DNA of 64,000 nt, from contig CAWANJ010000002.1 in NCBI GenBank assembly GCA_963783385.1, forward strand, positions 288,001 to 352,000, given 5' to 3'. Under the pieces are notes generated by a model, which did no database searches, had not been told where the DNA came from, and was given only the letters and a program-made list of their open reading frames with translations. The stretch comes from an uncultured Gemmatimonadales bacterium (GTDB taxonomy: Bacteria; Gemmatimonadota; Gemmatimonadetes; Palauibacterales; Palauibacteraceae). Numbering within the stretch: position 1 is the stretch's first letter; the number at the start of each line of letters is the position of its first letter. The translations under genes and the position numbers were made by a program. This document shows positions 20,699-28,569 of this stretch, in pieces.

Positions 20699-20824
20699 GG
20701 TCGATCCTCCGCGCGGGAGACGAGCGAACCGCTATGGTTCACTTGCAGCGCAAGTAACGGGCCCGGGCCGACGCGGGCGACCGCCCGGCGAGGTGCCGCG
20801 GCGCGGATGGGGGAGGGGGAGCGT

Positions 20825-23041
20825 CTAGAGACGCAGCCGCGTCAGGCGCAGCGAGTTGCCGGTCACGGCGAGGGCGGCGCCCATGTCCCCCACGATGACC
20901 GCCAGGGCGAGGCCCACCAGTCCGAGAGGAACGCCGGCGGCCAGGAGGCCCTTGAGCACGATCGACGCGGAGATGTTCTCGCGGATCACGCCGCGCGCCC
21001 GGTGGGAGAGGCGGATCGCGTAGGCCAGGCGGGAGAGGTCATCCCCCATGAGCGCGACGTCGGCCGTCTCCAGGGCGACGTCGCTCCCGGCCACGCCCAT
21101 GGCCACGCCGACGCGGGCGGCGGCCAGCGCCGGTCCGTCGTTCACCCCGTCCCCCACCATGGCCACCGGGCCGTAGCGTTCTTCCAGCCGGCGCACCATG
21201 TCGACCTTCTGCTCGGGAAGCAGGTCCGCGTGGACCTCATCGATCCCGACTTCCGCGGCGATGGCCTCCGCGGTGGGCCGGTTGTCACCGGTGAGCATGA
21301 CGACGTGCTCGATCCCGGCTTCGCGCAGGCTCCGGATGGCGGCGGCCGCCTCGGCGCGCGGGCGGTCCGCCACGGCCAGGAGGCCGAGCGGGCGGCCGGG
21401 CTTCCCCAGCAGGACCACCGTCTTGCCTGCCTCCTGGAGCCGCTCGAGGCGGGTCCCGTCCACGGACGCGCCTTCGAACAGGTCGGCCCGGCCGATGAGG
21501 TAGGGCTCGCCGTCCAGGTGCGCGCTCACGCCCAGGCCCCTCTTTCCCTCGAACGACGTGACGGCCCGGCCGTCGGGCTGCACCCCCCGGTCGCGGGCGC
21601 CGCGCAGGATGGCGCCGGCCACGGGGTGCTCCGAGCGCGCCTCGAGGGCCGCCGCCACCGCCAGGACCTCGTCCTCGCCGAGGTCGCCCAGCGCCACGAC
21701 GTCCGTGAGCTCCGGGTGTCCATGGGTCAGGGTCCCTGTCTTGTCCAGCGCCATGGCCCGCACCTGGCCGAGGGCCTCCAGGTGGGTCCCGCCCTTGATG
21801 AGGACGCCCCGGCGGGCTGCGGCCGTGATTCCGCTCACCACGGCGACGGGCGTGGAGATGACCAGCGCGCAGGGGCAGGCGATCACCAGCAGGGTGAGCC
21901 CGCGCAGGATCCAGGTCGTGACCTCGGCCCCGAAGGCCAGCGGCGGCACGGCCGCCACCACCACGGCCAGCACCACGACGCCCGGCGTGTACCATCGGGA
22001 GAAGCGCTCCACGAACCGCTCGGTCGGCGCCTTCTTCTCCTCGGCCTCCTGCACCAGGTGGACGATGCGGGCCAGGGTGGTGGCCGAGGCCCGCTTTTCG
22101 GTCCGGACCCTGAGGAAGCCTCCGGTGATGATCGTGCCCGCGAACACCTCGTCCCCGACCTCCCGGTCCACCGGCATCGACTCGCCGGTGATGGGCGCCT
22201 CGTTCACGGCCGAGCTCCCCTCGATCACCCGACCGTCCACCGGAATCTTGTCGCCCGGCCGCACGACCACGACCTCGCCGACCTCGACGTCATCGGCGCG
22301 CACGGCCTGCTCGGCTCCACCACGCTCGACCATGGCCCGGTCGGGAGCCAGCTCCATGAGCGCCTCGATGGACCGGCGCGCGCGGTCCACCGAGTAGTCC
22401 TCCAGCAACTCCGCGAACGAGAACAGGAAGGCGATGGCGCCCGCCTCCAGGAACTCGCCCAGCCCGACGGCCCCGAGGATGGCCACGGTCATGAGGAAGT
22501 TCATGTCCAGGGAGAGAGTCCTCGCCGCCCTCAGCCCCTTGGGGAAGAAGTTCCAGCCTCCGACCAGTGCCGCCGCCAGGAAGGCCAGGTCACCGGCATG
22601 GAGGTCGTGGCGCGGGAAGCTCGCCAGCACCGGTCCCGGGGCGAGCCAGCCCAGGAGGAGACCGACTCCGAACAGCCCGGCGGATACGTAGGCCAGGACC
22701 GCTTCCCGGCTCGTCCAGGTCCCGGCCACGGACCGGGGCGCTGCTCCCGGCTCACCGTCTTGGACAGACTCGGCCACGTAGCCCAGCCGGCCGACTTCTG
22801 TCCGGATCCGGTCCGCGGTCAGCCTCGCGGGGTCGAACTCCACGACCAGGCGCCGGGAGACCGGGTGTCCCTCCGCGTCCGCGACCCCCTCGAGGCGGAC
22901 GAGCCGGTCGCGGATGCGGCGGGCGCAGTCGGGGCAGTCCATCCCCCCGACCCGGAGCTGGAGGACCCGGCGGCCGGCGCCGTCGGCCGGGTGGCCGTCG
23001 GCGTCCCGCGCCTCGCTCGCGGCGGACCTACTCGCGGACAT
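20825..23041 (-). CDS. zntA: Heavy-metal P1B-type ATPase (Zn/Cd/Pb, ZntA/CadA-like)
   Basis: HMA motif GMDCPDC, TGES, CPC, DKTGT, SEHP, GDGVND and the P1B-2 residues (LKG, GDMG). Confidence 0.92.
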   Translation of the reverse strand: MSASRSAASEARDADGHPADGAGRRVLQLRVGGMDCPDCARRIRDRLVRLEGVADAEGHPVSRRLVVEFDPARLTADRIRTEVGRLGYVAESVQDGEPGAAPRSVAGTWTSREAVLAYVSAGLFGVGLLLGWLAPGPVLASFPRHDLHAGDLAFLAAALVGGWNFFPKGLRAARTLSLDMNFLMTVAILGAVGLGEFLEAGAIAFLFSFAELLEDYSVDRARRSIEALMELAPDRAMVERGGAEQAVRADDVEVGEVVVVRPGDKIPVDGRVIEGSSAVNEAPITGESMPVDREVGDEVFAGTIITGGFLRVRTEKRASATTLARIVHLVQEAEEKKAPTERFVERFSRWYTPGVVVLAVVVAAVPPLAFGAEVTTWILRGLTLLVIACPCALVISTPVAVVSGITAAARRGVLIKGGTHLEALGQVRAMALDKTGTLTHGHPELTDVVALGDLGEDEVLAVAAALEARSEHPVAGAILRGARDRGVQPDGRAVTSFEGKRGLGVSAHLDGEPYLIGRADLFEGASVDGTRLERLQEAGKTVVLLGKPGRPLGLLAVADRPRAEAAAAIRSLREAGIEHVVMLTGDNRPTAEAIAAEVGIDEVHADLLPEQKVDMVRRLEERYGPVAMVGDGVNDGPALAAARVGVAMGVAGSDVALETADVALMGDDLSRLAYAIRLSHRARGVIRENISASIVLKGLLAAGVPLGLVGLALAVIVGDMGAALAVTGNSLRLTRLRL

Positions 23042-23414
23042 GCTGGAGACCGATCGCGAACAGGGAGGCGATGTGCTCGTCGTCCAGGCGGTAGTAGGCC
23101 ATGCGGCCGTCCTTCCGGTAGCGCACGATCTTCATCTGCCGGAGCTGCCGCAGGTGGTGGCTGACCGCCGACTGGCTCACGCCGACCACGGCCGCCAGGT
23201 CGCACACGCACAGCTCGCGTCTGGCGAGGGCGTCCACGATCTGGAGGCGCGTCGGGTTGGCCAGGATCTGGAAGGTGTCGGCCAGGTAGGTGAGGTGCTC
23301 CGCATCCTCCCGCTCGCTCAGCGCCTCGTGCACCGCGTCCTCGTGCACGAGGTGCACGTCGCAGAGGTCGTCGGTGTCGGATGCCGCCGGTTCGCGGCTC
23401 TTGCCGGGCTCCAT
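23028..23414 (-). CDS. ArsR/SmtB family metal-sensing repressor
   Basis: LANPTRLQI, ELCVCDLA, SQSAVSHHLRQLR and C-terminal DDEH...HVRE; ggagga SD. Confidence 0.92.
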   Translation of the reverse strand: MEPGKSREPAASDTDDLCDVHLVHEDAVHEALSEREDAEHLTYLADTFQILANPTRLQIVDALARRELCVCDLAAVVGVSQSAVSHHLRQLRQMKIVRYRKDGRMAYYRLDDEHIASLFAIGLQHVRE

Positions 23415-23454
23415 CGGTGTCCTCCGCTTCTCCGCCCGAGCTCCCGACTCGGGC

Positions 23455-23513
23455 ATACGTATGAAGAGGTGTTCAGATGACACGATGATAGCGCTCCGTG
23501 CCCGCCGGTACAA
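23455..23513 (-). promoter_or_regulatory. Sigma70 promoter and SmtB/ZiaR-type operator of the metal efflux operon
   Basis: TTGTAC (23513-23508)-N17-TATCAT (23490-23485), then ATCTGAACACCTCTTCATA, which contains the TGAA-N6-TTCA core. Confidence 0.75.
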
Positions 23514-23539
23514 GCGACCCGGCCCGCGACGTGCCGCGC

Positions 23540-23574
23540 TTGGCGGCACCGGCGGGGCCACCTAGCTTGGGGCC
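23540..23574 (+). promoter_or_regulatory. Probable leaderless promoter
   Basis: TTGGCG-N17-TAGCTT-N6-ATG, with no SD. Confidence 0.55.
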
Positions 23575-24645
23575 ATGCGTCACCCGGCGTCGTCCGCCGC
23601 CCTGCTCCTCCTCGGTCTGACCGCCTGCGGCGGGGGAGGCTCCGCCGTGGGTCCCACGCCCTCGGCCGCGCCCCGCACCTACGAGATGGGCTGGTCCGCC
23701 GTCCCGCCCCGGCCCAGCGAGGCGTCGTTCTTCGCCGCCACGCAGGCCGCGGCGGAGGTCTCCGACGTGGCCATCCTGCAGCAGCCCGTGCCCTGGGCCC
23801 AGCTGCTGGCCGGAGCCCCGATGGACTCGCTCGTCGAGGACCGGGGGGGCGTGGCGGACTACCTGCGCGCGCTGGGCGAGAAGATCGTCTTCCTGGTCGA
23901 CCCGCTGGACGGGCTCGACCGCACGAAGGAGACGCCGGAGCTGGTGGCCGCCGGCCGCAGCATCCTGGAGCCCGACATCCGGGCCACGCACGAGGCCTGG
24001 GTCCGGGCCATCGCCTCGCGGATCCAGCCCGAGTGGATGGGTCTGGCCTCGGAGATCAACACGCTGGCCGTCCACGGGGACTCGACGCTCTACCGCACGC
24101 TGGTCGGGATGATCGACAGCCTGGCGCCCGAAGTCCGCTCCCTGAGCCCGGGCACGAAGGTGTTCGTGTCCTTCCAGGTCGAGGACGCGTGGGGGTACTT
24201 CGGCGGGCCGGGCATCGACTCGTTCCAGCTCATCGGCGACTTCGACATCGACGCGCTGGGGCTGTCGTCTTACCCGGTGTTCGTGTTCCCGACACCGGCC
24301 GACATCCCGGACGACTACCTGCAGCGCTTCCGGGACGCCACCAGCCTGCCCCTCATCATGGTCGAGGGAGGGTGGAGCTCCGAGAACAGCGCTGTCTTCC
24401 AGTCCACTCCGCAGGAGCAGGTCGACTTCTTCCGGCGCTACGAGACGCTGCTCGACGGGGTCGACGCGCGCCTGTGGGTCATGCTCGTGTTCGCCGACCT
24501 CGACATCCCTTCCCTGGGCCTACCCCCGGACCGCGCCGCCGGCCTCGCTCCGTTCGCCCACATGGGGATCCTGGACTCGGACCTCAACCCGAAGCCGTCG
24601 TACGGCGTGTGGAAGGAGATCTTCGCGCGGCCGCTGGGGTCGTGA
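23575..24645 (+). CDS. Lipoprotein with a glycoside-hydrolase-like TIM barrel
   Basis: LTAC lipobox. GLASEIN, VFVSFQ, LGLSSYP and IMVEGGW resemble clan GH-A catalytic positions; the family is uncertain. Confidence 0.6.
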   Translation: MRHPASSAALLLLGLTACGGGGSAVGPTPSAAPRTYEMGWSAVPPRPSEASFFAATQAAAEVSDVAILQQPVPWAQLLAGAPMDSLVEDRGGVADYLRALGEKIVFLVDPLDGLDRTKETPELVAAGRSILEPDIRATHEAWVRAIASRIQPEWMGLASEINTLAVHGDSTLYRTLVGMIDSLAPEVRSLSPGTKVFVSFQVEDAWGYFGGPGIDSFQLIGDFDIDALGLSSYPVFVFPTPADIPDDYLQRFRDATSLPLIMVEGGWSSENSAVFQSTPQEQVDFFRRYETLLDGVDARLWVMLVFADLDIPSLGLPPDRAAGLAPFAHMGILDSDLNPKPSYGVWKEIFARPLGS

Positions 24646-24675
24646 GGCTGCGACCCGCGTTCGCCCGTGCTCGCG

Positions 24676-24710
24676 TTGACCCTGCCGCGCCCCCGGTCTA
24701 GCTTCGCGCC
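24676..24710 (+). promoter_or_regulatory. Probable leaderless promoter of asnS
   Basis: TTGACC-N17-TAGCTT-N6-ATG, with no SD. Confidence 0.65.
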
Positions 24711-26030
24711 ATGTCGCTCACGAGATCGACCATCGACAGACTCTCCGAGCACGCAGGCCAGGAGGTCGAGCTCCTGGCCTGGGTGCGGAACTTCCGCTCG
24801 AGCGGGAAGATCGCCTTCCTCATCGTGCGTGACGGCACCTCGCTCCCGGACGGGACGCCGGACGTGCAGGCCGTGGTTTCCCGGGGCGACGTCGACGAGG
24901 AGAGCTGGGAGGCGGCGCAGGCCGCCCACTACGAGGCCAGCGTGCGCGTGGTCGGCCAGGTGCGCGAGGACGCTCGGGCGCCCGGCGGATACGAGCTCTC
25001 GGTGCGGGAGCTCCGCGTCCTCGGCCCCTCGGCGGACTATCCCATCCAGCCCAAGGAGCACGGGCCCGAGTTCCTGCACGACCACCGGCACCTGTGGCTC
25101 CGCCATCCCCGCCAGGTCGCCATCCTCCGGATCCGGGACGAGGTCGAGAAGGCGATCCGCGACTTTTTCTACGATCGACACTTTACGCTGATCGACACGC
25201 CCATCCTCACGGGCTCGATCGGGGAGGAGGCGGGGGAGCTGTTCGAGACCGAATACTTCGACCTCGGCACCGCCTACCTGGCCCAGACCGGACAGCTCTA
25301 CGTGGAGGCCGCCGCGGCGGCGCTCGGCAACGTTTACTGCTTCGGGCCCACGTTCCGAGCCGAGAAATCCAAGACGCGCCGGCACCTGACCGAGTTCTGG
25401 ATGGTCGAGCCCGAGATGGCGTGGACGGACAGCGAGGCCAACATGGCCGTCCAGCAGGACTTCGTCGCCTTCATCGTGGGACGGGTCCTGGAGCGCGGCC
25501 GCGCCGAGCTCGACGTCCTGGAGCGCGACATCTCCAGGCTCGAGGCGGTGGCTCCGCCCTTCGACCGCATGAGCTATACGGAGACGGTCGAGTATCTCCA
25601 GGGGAAGGGGAGCGCGATCACCTGGGGAGAAGACCTGGGAGGCGAGGACCAGACCCTCCTCACCGAGGACCGTCCCAAGCCCGTGTTCGTGTATGACTTC
25701 CCGAAGGAGGCCAAGGCCTTCTACATGAAGGAGAACCCGGAGGACCCGCGCACGGTGAAGTGCGACGACCTGTACGCGCCCGAGGGGTTCGGGGAGATCA
25801 TCGGGGGGAGCCAGCGGGAGGACGACTACGACCGGCTTCTGGCCAGGATCCGAGAGGAGGGCCTCCCCGAGGACGCCTATGGCTGGTACCTGGATCTCCG
25901 CCGCTATGGCACCTTCCCGCATTCGGGCTTCGGCCTGGGCGTCGAGCGTACGGTGGCCTGGATGTGCGGCGTCTCCCACATCCGCGAGGTCATCCCCTTC
26001 CCGAGGATGATCAACCGCCTGACGCCGTAG
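24711..26030 (+). CDS. asnS: Asparagine--tRNA ligase
   Basis: OB-fold N-terminus, AYLAQTGQLY, FGPTFRAEKSKTRRHLTEFWMVEPE, EIIGGSQRE and GFGLGVER. Confidence 0.96.
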   Translation: MSLTRSTIDRLSEHAGQEVELLAWVRNFRSSGKIAFLIVRDGTSLPDGTPDVQAVVSRGDVDEESWEAAQAAHYEASVRVVGQVREDARAPGGYELSVRELRVLGPSADYPIQPKEHGPEFLHDHRHLWLRHPRQVAILRIRDEVEKAIRDFFYDRHFTLIDTPILTGSIGEEAGELFETEYFDLGTAYLAQTGQLYVEAAAAALGNVYCFGPTFRAEKSKTRRHLTEFWMVEPEMAWTDSEANMAVQQDFVAFIVGRVLERGRAELDVLERDISRLEAVAPPFDRMSYTETVEYLQGKGSAITWGEDLGGEDQTLLTEDRPKPVFVYDFPKEAKAFYMKENPEDPRTVKCDDLYAPEGFGEIIGGSQREDDYDRLLARIREEGLPEDAYGWYLDLRRYGTFPHSGFGLGVERTVAWMCGVSHIREVIPFPRMINRLTP

Positions 26031-26045
26031 GAGAACCCGACCACG

Positions 26046-26086
26046 GAAAAGGCCGGCCGCGGGAGCGATCTCGGGCCGGCCTTCTC
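26046..26086. terminator. Likely bidirectional intrinsic terminator between asnS and gltA
   Basis: aaggccggcc...ggccggcctt stem, with a tttt run on the minus strand. Confidence 0.6.
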
Positions 26087-26142
26087 GGTGGGGCGCCGGC
26101 GGCTGCCGCGGAGGCGAACCGCCGGCGATTCGGAGCGCGGAG

Positions 26143-27483
26143 CTACACCATTGCGGTTTCCGCTTCCAGGCTCTCCTTCTCCCGCTCCTCGATGGGCACG
26201 TAGGGCCGCTCGTCCGCCCCGGTGTAGACCTGGCGGGGCCGGGCGATCTTCTGGTCCGGGTCCGTGAGCATCTCCTGCCACTGGGCCAGCCAGCCCGAGA
26301 CGCGCGGGATCGCGAACAGGACCGGGAACATGTCCACGGGGAAGCCCATGGCCTGGTAGATGATTCCCGAGTAGAAGTCCACGTTCGGGTACAGCTTGCG
26401 GCTCACGAAGTACTCGTCTTCGAGGGCGACCCGCTCCAGCTCCAGGGCCAGGTCCAGCAGCGGCGAGCTGCCCGTCACCTCGAACACATCGCGCGCCATG
26501 GACTTCAGAATCCGGGCGCGGGGATCGTAGTTCTTGTACACCCGGTGGCCGAAGCCCATGAGCCGGAAGTCGCCGGACTTGGCGCGGTCGACGAACTCCG
26601 GCACCCGGTCCTTCGTCCCGATCTCCCGCAGCATCCGCAGGACCTGCTCGTTGGCCCCCCCGTGAAGCGGTCCGTACAGCGCCGCCGCCGCTGCGGCCAC
26701 CGACACGTACGGGTCGGCGTGGGACGAGCCCACCGAGCGCATGGCGTTGGCCGAGCAGTTCTGTTCGTGGTCCGCGTGCAGGATGAACAGCACCTCGAGC
26801 GCCTTCTGAAGGATAGGGTTGGGCGCCTGCTTGGGCTCCCCGATGCTGAACATCATGTTCAGGAAGTTGCCCGTGTAGCTCAGGTCGTTGTCCGGGTACA
26901 CGAACGGGAGCCCCTTCGAGTGCCGATAGGCGAAGGCGGCCAGGGTGGGCATCTTGGCGATCAGCCGCACGATCTGCGTCCGCCTGATCTCCGGGTCGGC
27001 GATGTCCCGGGCCTCGGGATAGAAGGTGGACAATGCCGCCACCGTGGAGACGAGCATGCCCATCGGGTGCGCGTCGTAGTGGAAGCCGTCGGTGAACTTC
27101 TTGATGGACTCGTGCACGTAGGTGTGGAACGTGATCTCGTGGGTCCACGCCTCGAGCTCGTCGCGGGTGGGCAGGCGCCCGTGCACGACCAGGTAGGCCA
27201 CCTCCAGGTAGCTGCCGTGCTCCGCCAGCTCCTCGATCGGGTAGCCCCGGTAGCGGAGGATGCCCTTGTCGCCGTCGATGTGCGTGATCGAGCTGTGGCA
27301 CGAAGCGGTATTCTTGAAACCGGGGTCGTAGCCCAGCAGACCGAAGTCGTCCTCGGACGCCTTGATCTGGCGGAGGTCGGCCGTCGGGATGGAGGCTCCG
27401 TACTCCGGATAGGTACCGTAGGAGATCGGGACCTCGTACTGCTTCCCGGTCCGGTTGTCCGTGATGGTCAGGGTATCTGGCAT
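26143..27483 (-). CDS. gltA: Citrate synthase (type II-like)
   Basis: ILHADHEQNCS, GPLHGGANE, LMGFGHRVYKNYDPRA and LYPNVDFYSG. Confidence 0.96.
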   Translation of the reverse strand: MPDTLTITDNRTGKQYEVPISYGTYPEYGASIPTADLRQIKASEDDFGLLGYDPGFKNTASCHSSITHIDGDKGILRYRGYPIEELAEHGSYLEVAYLVVHGRLPTRDELEAWTHEITFHTYVHESIKKFTDGFHYDAHPMGMLVSTVAALSTFYPEARDIADPEIRRTQIVRLIAKMPTLAAFAYRHSKGLPFVYPDNDLSYTGNFLNMMFSIGEPKQAPNPILQKALEVLFILHADHEQNCSANAMRSVGSSHADPYVSVAAAAAALYGPLHGGANEQVLRMLREIGTKDRVPEFVDRAKSGDFRLMGFGHRVYKNYDPRARILKSMARDVFEVTGSSPLLDLALELERVALEDEYFVSRKLYPNVDFYSGIIYQAMGFPVDMFPVLFAIPRVSGWLAQWQEMLTDPDQKIARPRQVYTGADERPYVPIEEREKESLEAETAMV

Positions 27484-27657
27484 CGCCGTACCTCCTTCTG
27501 GATCTCGTGCTGCACCGGCTCCTCACAGCGACCGGCCGGGATGGTGCGCCCCCGCCGCTCGTCCGCGCGTTGCGGCCAATACCGCAATCTGCGGGCCGCT
27601 CACAACGCGATCTGTAGGGAAATCGCGGATCGTGGCGTGGGGAATGCTCCCGGAGGG

Positions 27658-28569
27658 TCAGTCGCCCTCGCCCGCCTTCACCTCGTCCCACAGGACGTCC
27701 AGCTCGGCCAGGGTCGCCGATGCGGGGTCGAGCCTGCGTTCCGACGCCAGGGCGAGCAGGGCGCGGAAGCGGGTCCGGAACTTCCGGTTGGCGGCGCCGA
27801 GCGCGTTGGAGGGGTGCACGCCCGCGCGGCGGGCCAGGTTGACGGCGGCGAACAGGAGGTCTCCGACCTCCTCCTCGAGGCGCGGGTGGGAGGGGCCCGG
27901 CAGCCGGCCGCCGGAGTCCGCATCTCGGCCCCGAGCGTCTCCGGTGCGTCCCAGCTCCTCCTCGAGCTCGTCGAGCTCTTCGCGCACCTTGGCGAGCGGA
28001 CCGGCCACGTCGTCCCAGTCGAAGCCGAGGGCGGCGGCCCGCTGCTGCAGCCGATACCCACGCGCCAGCGGCTCCAGGGTCCCGGGAACGCCGGCGAAGG
28101 GGTCGGCGGGCATGTCCGCCGGCCCCGCGGTTTCCCCGGCCCCGGCCTCCGCACCCGGCCGGGGCTGCGCCCCGCCCGCCTCCCTGGCCCGTTCCACCGC
28201 CTTGAGCGCCTCCCAGTCCGGCGGCTCCTCCTCGTCACCGTACACGTGCGGATGGCGGCGCCGCATCTTGTCCTCGAGCCCCGCCACCACGTTCGTCGCG
28301 TCGAACGCGCCGCGCTCCTCGGCGAGGACGATCTGGAAGGCCACGTTGAGCAGGAGGTCGCCCAGCTCCTCGGCCAGGGCCGCGTCGTCCCCGGCCGCCA
28401 CCGCCTCGGCCGTCTCGTGCGCCTCCTCGAGCAGGTAGGGCCGCAGGCTCTCTCGCGTCTGCCTGGCGTCCCACGGGCAGCGCTCGCGCAGCAGGCGCAC
28501 GAGCGCGAGGGCCGTTCCCAGCGTCCCGTCGCCCGGCCGGCCGTAGGGCGCGTGCAGGGGCTCGCTCAC
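27658..28569 (-). CDS. mazG: Nucleoside triphosphate pyrophosphohydrolase MazG
   Basis: LRERCPWDARQT...EELGDLL...RRHPHV and a second domain EEEVGDLLFA...NRKFRTRF; the GTG start overlaps the upstream stop. Confidence 0.9.
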   Translation of the reverse strand: MSEPLHAPYGRPGDGTLGTALALVRLLRERCPWDARQTRESLRPYLLEEAHETAEAVAAGDDAALAEELGDLLLNVAFQIVLAEERGAFDATNVVAGLEDKMRRRHPHVYGDEEEPPDWEALKAVERAREAGGAQPRPGAEAGAGETAGPADMPADPFAGVPGTLEPLARGYRLQQRAAALGFDWDDVAGPLAKVREELDELEEELGRTGDARGRDADSGGRLPGPSHPRLEEEVGDLLFAAVNLARRAGVHPSNALGAANRKFRTRFRALLALASERRLDPASATLAELDVLWDEVKAGEGD

